Below, piece after piece: positions 32,845 through 36,220 of a stretch of DNA of 36,220 nucleotides. Every line of letters begins with the position of its first letter. Within the stretch, counting starts at the first letter, position 1. Made by a program: the position numbers and the translations under genes. The stretch comes from an uncultured Gammaproteobacteria bacterium. Its GTDB lineage: Bacteria; Patescibacteriota; Patescibacteriia; UBA2591; JBAYNP01. The DNA lies in NCBI GenBank assembly GCA_964547305.1, contig CAZJMI010000001.1, positions 1-36,220 of the forward strand, written 5' to 3'. The notes beneath the pieces are model-generated. The model saw nothing but the letters and a program-made list of their open reading frames with translations. It ran no database searches and had not been told where the DNA came from.

Positions 32845-33501
32845 ATGACGAGCGAAAGTTTAAAAATAAAGATTTATAGCCAAGACGGAACCGTAGTGGG
32901 GGAGCAAGACCTGGAACGGAAGGTTTTTGGAGTGGAAGTGAAGCCTGATGTGGTGCAGCAAATAGTGGTGGCGCAGATGGCTAACGCGCGGCATAATTTA
33001 GCTAAAACAAAGATGCGCGGAGAAGTGGCTGGCGGTGGACGTAAGCCGTGGAAACAGAAAGGCACCGGAAGAGCGCGTCAGGGCTCTACTAGATCGCCTT
33101 TGTGGTCTGGTGGTGGCGTAGTTTTTGGGCCAACCGGCAACAGTAATTATGGTAAGTCGGTCAATAAAAAGCTCAAGACTAAGGCATTATTTATGTGTTT
33201 GACCGATAAATATCAAGACGAAAAGATAGTACTGTTGGACAAATTGGAAATTGCCGAAGGGAAGACTAAGTTGATGGTGAACATTTTAAACAAATTGCCG
33301 GGAGTTGGTCAAAAGACATTATTGGTGTTGGATGGCAAAAATGAGATGTTGATTCAGGCCGCGAGAAATATACCAAAGGTGAAAGTTATTAAAGCTGACA
33401 GTTTGAACGCGGTTGATTTGCTGGACGCGAAATATGTGTTGACGATCAAGGACGCGTTGGAAGTAATTGAGAAAACTTATTTAAAAAAAGCAGTAATTTA
33501 G
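32845..33501 (+). CDS. rplD: 50S ribosomal protein L4
   Basis: RGEVAGGGRKPWKQKGTGRARQGSTRSPLWSGGGVVFGP. Confidence 0.96.
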   Translation: MTSESLKIKIYSQDGTVVGEQDLERKVFGVEVKPDVVQQIVVAQMANARHNLAKTKMRGEVAGGGRKPWKQKGTGRARQGSTRSPLWSGGGVVFGPTGNSNYGKSVNKKLKTKALFMCLTDKYQDEKIVLLDKLEIAEGKTKLMVNILNKLPGVGQKTLLVLDGKNEMLIQAARNIPKVKVIKADSLNAVDLLDAKYVLTIKDALEVIEKTYLKKAVI

Positions 33502-33505
33502 ATAT

Positions 33506-33937
33506 ATGGGATTGTTTAGCAAAAAAACAAGTCAACAAGAACCGGAGGCTAAGGCGAAAGTCGCGGTAAATTCAAAGCCAGTAGTCCAGGCTAAGCCGAC
33601 TCGCGTGGAAGCGGACCCGGTGAAGGCCGAAGCTTTGAAGCACAAAATGAAAGCTAAGGCACATAGGGTTCTAGTGCGGCCATTAGTGACGGAAAAGACA
33701 GCCAATTTAGCGGTGGTTAATCAGTATGCCTTTGAGGTAAAGCCTAATGTAAACAAAATTACCATCGCGGAAGTGATAAGCGCGCTGTATGGCGTAAATG
33801 TATTGAAAGTGCGAACAATGATAGTACGAGGCAAATCAGTGCGTTATGGTAGAACTCAAGGACAAAGAAAGATATGGAAGAAGGCCTTGGTGACATTGAA
33901 GGCCGGAGAAAAGATTGATACTTTTGCTGGAATATAA
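33506..33937 (+). CDS. rplW: 50S ribosomal protein L23 (with a ~50-aa N-terminal extension)
   Basis: VLVRPLVTEKTANLAVVNQYAFEVKPNVNKITIAEVISALYGVNVLKVRTM. It sits between rplD and rplB. Confidence 0.93.
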   Translation: MGLFSKKTSQQEPEAKAKVAVNSKPVVQAKPTRVEADPVKAEALKHKMKAKAHRVLVRPLVTEKTANLAVVNQYAFEVKPNVNKITIAEVISALYGVNVLKVRTMIVRGKSVRYGRTQGQRKIWKKALVTLKAGEKIDTFAGI

Positions 33938-33961
33938 ATATAAATTACCGAAAATAAAGAT

Positions 33962-34810
33962 ATGCCAATTAAACTTTACAAACCAACTACCCCGGGACGA
34001 CGCCATGCCAGCGTGGTGAAGAATTCGGAGGTTAGTAAGAAACGGCCGCAGAAGTCTTTGATTAAAATCAAGAAAAACAAGGCTGGGCGAAGCGCGGGTA
34101 AAATAGCGGTAAGACATCAAGGTGGAGGCGAAAAAAGGTATTTGCGCTTGGTGGATTTCAAAAGAGATAAGTTCGATATGCCAGCCAAAGTAATTGCCCT
34201 GGAATATGATCCCAACCGTACCGCTTATATAGCCTTGGTGGAATATACTGATGGAGAAAAGAGATATATTTTGTCGCCGGAAGATTTGAAAAATGGCGAG
34301 GAGATATTATCCTCAAAAGAAAAAATCGCACAAAAAGTTGGTAATTGTATGCCCTTGGAGTTAATGTTGCCTGGGAGCGCGATACATAATATAGAATTAC
34401 AACCAGGAAAAGGCGGCAGTATGGTGCGTTCGGCCGGAGCGGTAGCCACATTGATGGGCTGCGAGGGTAAATACGCGCAGGTTAAAATGCCTTCCGGTGA
34501 AGTAAGATTGATACTTAAAACATGTTTGGCCACATTAGGTAAAGTTGGTAAGGCGGAGCAACGTTTGGTAAGATTAGGTAAAGCTGGTCGCAGTCGTCAT
34601 TTGGGCAAGAGACCGGAAGTGCGCGGAACAGCGATGAACCCCGTGGATCATCCGCATGGCGGCGGAGAAGGCAATCAGCCGATTGGTATGAAGTACCCGA
34701 AGACCCCGTGGGGCAAGCATGCTTTGGGAGTCAGAACCAGGAAAGTAAAAAAGGCGAGCAGCAAGTTAATTTTAAGCCGTAGAGGCAAGGGTAGAAGAAA
34801 AAAGAAGTAA
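33962..34810 (+). CDS. rplB: 50S ribosomal protein L2
   Basis: MPIKLYKPTTPGRRH...GKAGRSRHLGKRPEVRGTAMNPVDHPHGGGEG. Confidence 0.97.
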   Translation: MPIKLYKPTTPGRRHASVVKNSEVSKKRPQKSLIKIKKNKAGRSAGKIAVRHQGGGEKRYLRLVDFKRDKFDMPAKVIALEYDPNRTAYIALVEYTDGEKRYILSPEDLKNGEEILSSKEKIAQKVGNCMPLELMLPGSAIHNIELQPGKGGSMVRSAGAVATLMGCEGKYAQVKMPSGEVRLILKTCLATLGKVGKAEQRLVRLGKAGRSRHLGKRPEVRGTAMNPVDHPHGGGEGNQPIGMKYPKTPWGKHALGVRTRKVKKASSKLILSRRGKGRRKKK

Positions 34811-34819
34811 TTTAATTAT

Positions 34820-35104
34820 ATGACTAGAAGTATTAAAAAAGGTCTATACATTGATCCCAAGCTACTAAAGAAGATTTCAGTGGTAAAGCGGGGCGACAGT
34901 ACAATAATCAAGACTTGGGCGCGGGCTTCGACGATCGCGCCGGAGATGGTGGGTTTTACATTTGGGGTACATAATGGTAAAACACATGTTCCGGTGCTAA
35001 TTACGGAAAATATGGTTGGTCATAAATTAGGCGAGTTCTCATCGACGCGTAAGTTCATAAGACACGGCGGCAAGATGCAAAAAGAAATAGATAAGAAAAA
35101 ATAA
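34820..35104 (+). CDS. rpsS: 30S ribosomal protein S19
   Basis: [18 protein letters not shown]...[33 protein letters not shown]. Confidence 0.97.
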   Translation: MTRSIKKGLYIDPKLLKKISVVKRGDSTIIKTWARASTIAPEMVGFTFGVHNGKTHVPVLITENMVGHKLGEFSSTRKFIRHGGKMQKEIDKKK

Positions 35105-35110
35105 AATAAT

Positions 35111-35704
35111 ATGGAAATTTCAGCCAAAGCAAAAAATATAAGAATGTCTCCTTCCAAGGTTCGTTTGGTGGTGAATTTGGTGCGCAAGATGACAGTGGAA
35201 AAAGCTTTGGCGCAGTTACCGTTCGTAAAGAAAGCCGCCAAGGTGCCGGTTTTAGCCTTGTTAAAGTCGGCGGTGGCGAACGCGGAGAATAATTTCAGCG
35301 TAGAGTCAAGCAATTTATATATTAAAGAGATTTTTGTGGGCGAGGGAAACACGTTGCATCGTTGGCGGGCCAGGGCCTTTGGGCGAGCGGCGGCGATTCG
35401 TAAGCGTGGTAGTCAAGTGACGATAGTTTTAGATGAAATAGTGCCCAAGGAACCGAAAGAGCGCAAGCAAAGTGAATTAGAGGCTCCAAAGATGGTGAAC
35501 GCGCCGGAAGGGGCGGCTCCAGCGGCGGCTTTGCCAGTGGAAGTGGCTTCGGAGAAAGGCGCAGGGAAAGAAAAAAGTGGCAAAGAGAAGGCCTTTGAAG
35601 GCGATAAAGCCGGAAAGCACGATGCCGCTGACAAACCACACCGAGAATCTAAAGGCGCTGGTGGCTTTGCTAAAAAAGTTTTTAGACGTAAGACAGGACT
35701 ATAA
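35111..35704 (+). CDS. rplV: 50S ribosomal protein L22 (with a ~85-aa C-terminal extension)
   Basis: ISAKAKNIRMSPSKVRLVVNLVRKMTVEKALAQLPF...LYIKEIFVGEGNTLHRWRARAFGRAAAIRKRGSQVTIVL, followed by an Ala/Lys/Glu-rich tail. Confidence 0.95.
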   Translation: MEISAKAKNIRMSPSKVRLVVNLVRKMTVEKALAQLPFVKKAAKVPVLALLKSAVANAENNFSVESSNLYIKEIFVGEGNTLHRWRARAFGRAAAIRKRGSQVTIVLDEIVPKEPKERKQSELEAPKMVNAPEGAAPAAALPVEVASEKGAGKEKSGKEKAFEGDKAGKHDAADKPHRESKGAGGFAKKVFRRKTGL

Positions 35705-35726
35705 TAATAATTGTTAGCATAAGTTT

Positions 35727-36220
35727 ATGGGAAGAAAAGTACATCCAATAATATTCCGCCTAGGTCAAACAACTGACTGGAGTTTGAAGTGGTTTGCTAA
35801 CAAGAAAGATTTAGCGGAAAAGTTGCGCGTGGATACCGGGGCCAAGAAATTTTTGACCAAGAAATTAAGTAAGGCCGGAATCGACGCGATAGAAATAGAA
35901 AGATACGCTGATAAAGTGCGTATAAATGTGATAGCCGCCAAGCCGGGTTTGATTATCGGGCGCGGGGGAGAGGGCATTGAAAAAGTAAAAGCCGAATTGA
36001 AAAAGAATATTTACGCGCGGAATACGATGGTTGAATTAAATGTAAAGGAAGTCGCGAATGCCGGATTGTCGGCCGGAGTTATGGCTGAAGGCATAGTGAC
36101 CGAATTGGAAAAAAGAATGCCCTTCAGGAGAGTGATCAAGAGAGCCATGGATCAGGTGAAAAAAGCCGGTGCCAAGGGTGTAAAGGTGATTGTAGCCGGT
36201 AGATTGAATGGGGCAGAAAT
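35727..36220 (+). CDS. rpsC: 30S ribosomal protein S3, N-terminal part (runs off the window end)
   Basis: Not in the track because it is edge-truncated. The ATG at 35727 gives MGRKVHPIIFRLGQTTDWSLKWFANKKDLAEKLRVD.... It is in the expected position after rplV. Confidence 0.93.
   Translation, partial: MGRKVHPIIFRLGQTTDWSLKWFANKKDLAEKLRVDTGAKKFLTKKLSKAGIDAIEIERYADKVRINVIAAKPGLIIGRGGEGIEKVKAELKKNIYARNTMVELNVKEVANAGLSAGVMAEGIVTELEKRMPFRRVIKRAMDQVKKAGAKGVKVIVAGRLNGAE

Noticed and set aside
1-36220. CRISPR arrays, tRNA, rRNA, IS elements or integrases
   Set aside because: I saw no regularly spaced direct repeats, no tRNA-like T-arm/acceptor patterns in the intergenic regions I inspected, and no transposase or integrase ORFs. 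This was done by eye, so short RNAs could have been missed.

Overview
The window looks like chromosomal DNA from a small-genome bacterium. It is probably of the Candidate Phyla Radiation / Patescibacteria type; that is an inference from the extended ribosomal proteins, the PPDK and [FeFe]-hydrogenase genes, the compact gene spacing and the DGR, not a database result. There are three zones. (1) 1-9.4 kb holds mixed housekeeping and accessory genes: a multi-zinc-ribbon membrane protein, a PD-(D/E)XK nuclease, a rhomboid protease, an AlkD-like repair protein, a Bro-N/DinD-like protein, a NuoF-like flavoprotein with an [FeFe]-hydrogenase, and a NYN-domain gene. (2) 9.5-18.3 kb is an accessory/conflict island. 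It contains an HTH-DUF4065 (Panacea-type) antitoxin with a RelE/ParE-like toxin, then a complete diversity-generating retroelement (DGR). The DGR has one 101-nt template repeat (13597-13697), an inverted Avd-like gene, a DGR-type reverse transcriptase and two variable repeats (13194-13294 and 18170-18270). The VR/TR mismatches fall almost only on TR adenines. One DGR target is an AAA+ (MoxR/AAA_5-like) ATPase with the hypervariable module at its C-terminus. The DGR core sits between this ATPase and an HExxH-vWA partner protein, and none of these proteins shows an export signal. This is the most interesting candidate system in the window. (3) 18.4-36.2 kb is core metabolism and translation: ppdK, a few orphan genes, rpmB, an M50 protease, an acyltransferase, then the str/S10 cluster rpsL-rpsG-fusA-(Phd-like ORF)-tuf-rpsJ-rplC-rplD-rplW-rplB-rpsS-rplV-rpsC (partial). 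By eye I found no rRNA, tRNA or CRISPR array. Two edge-truncated ORFs (1-968 minus; 35727-36220 plus) are missing from the supplied ORF track and were read directly from the sequence.
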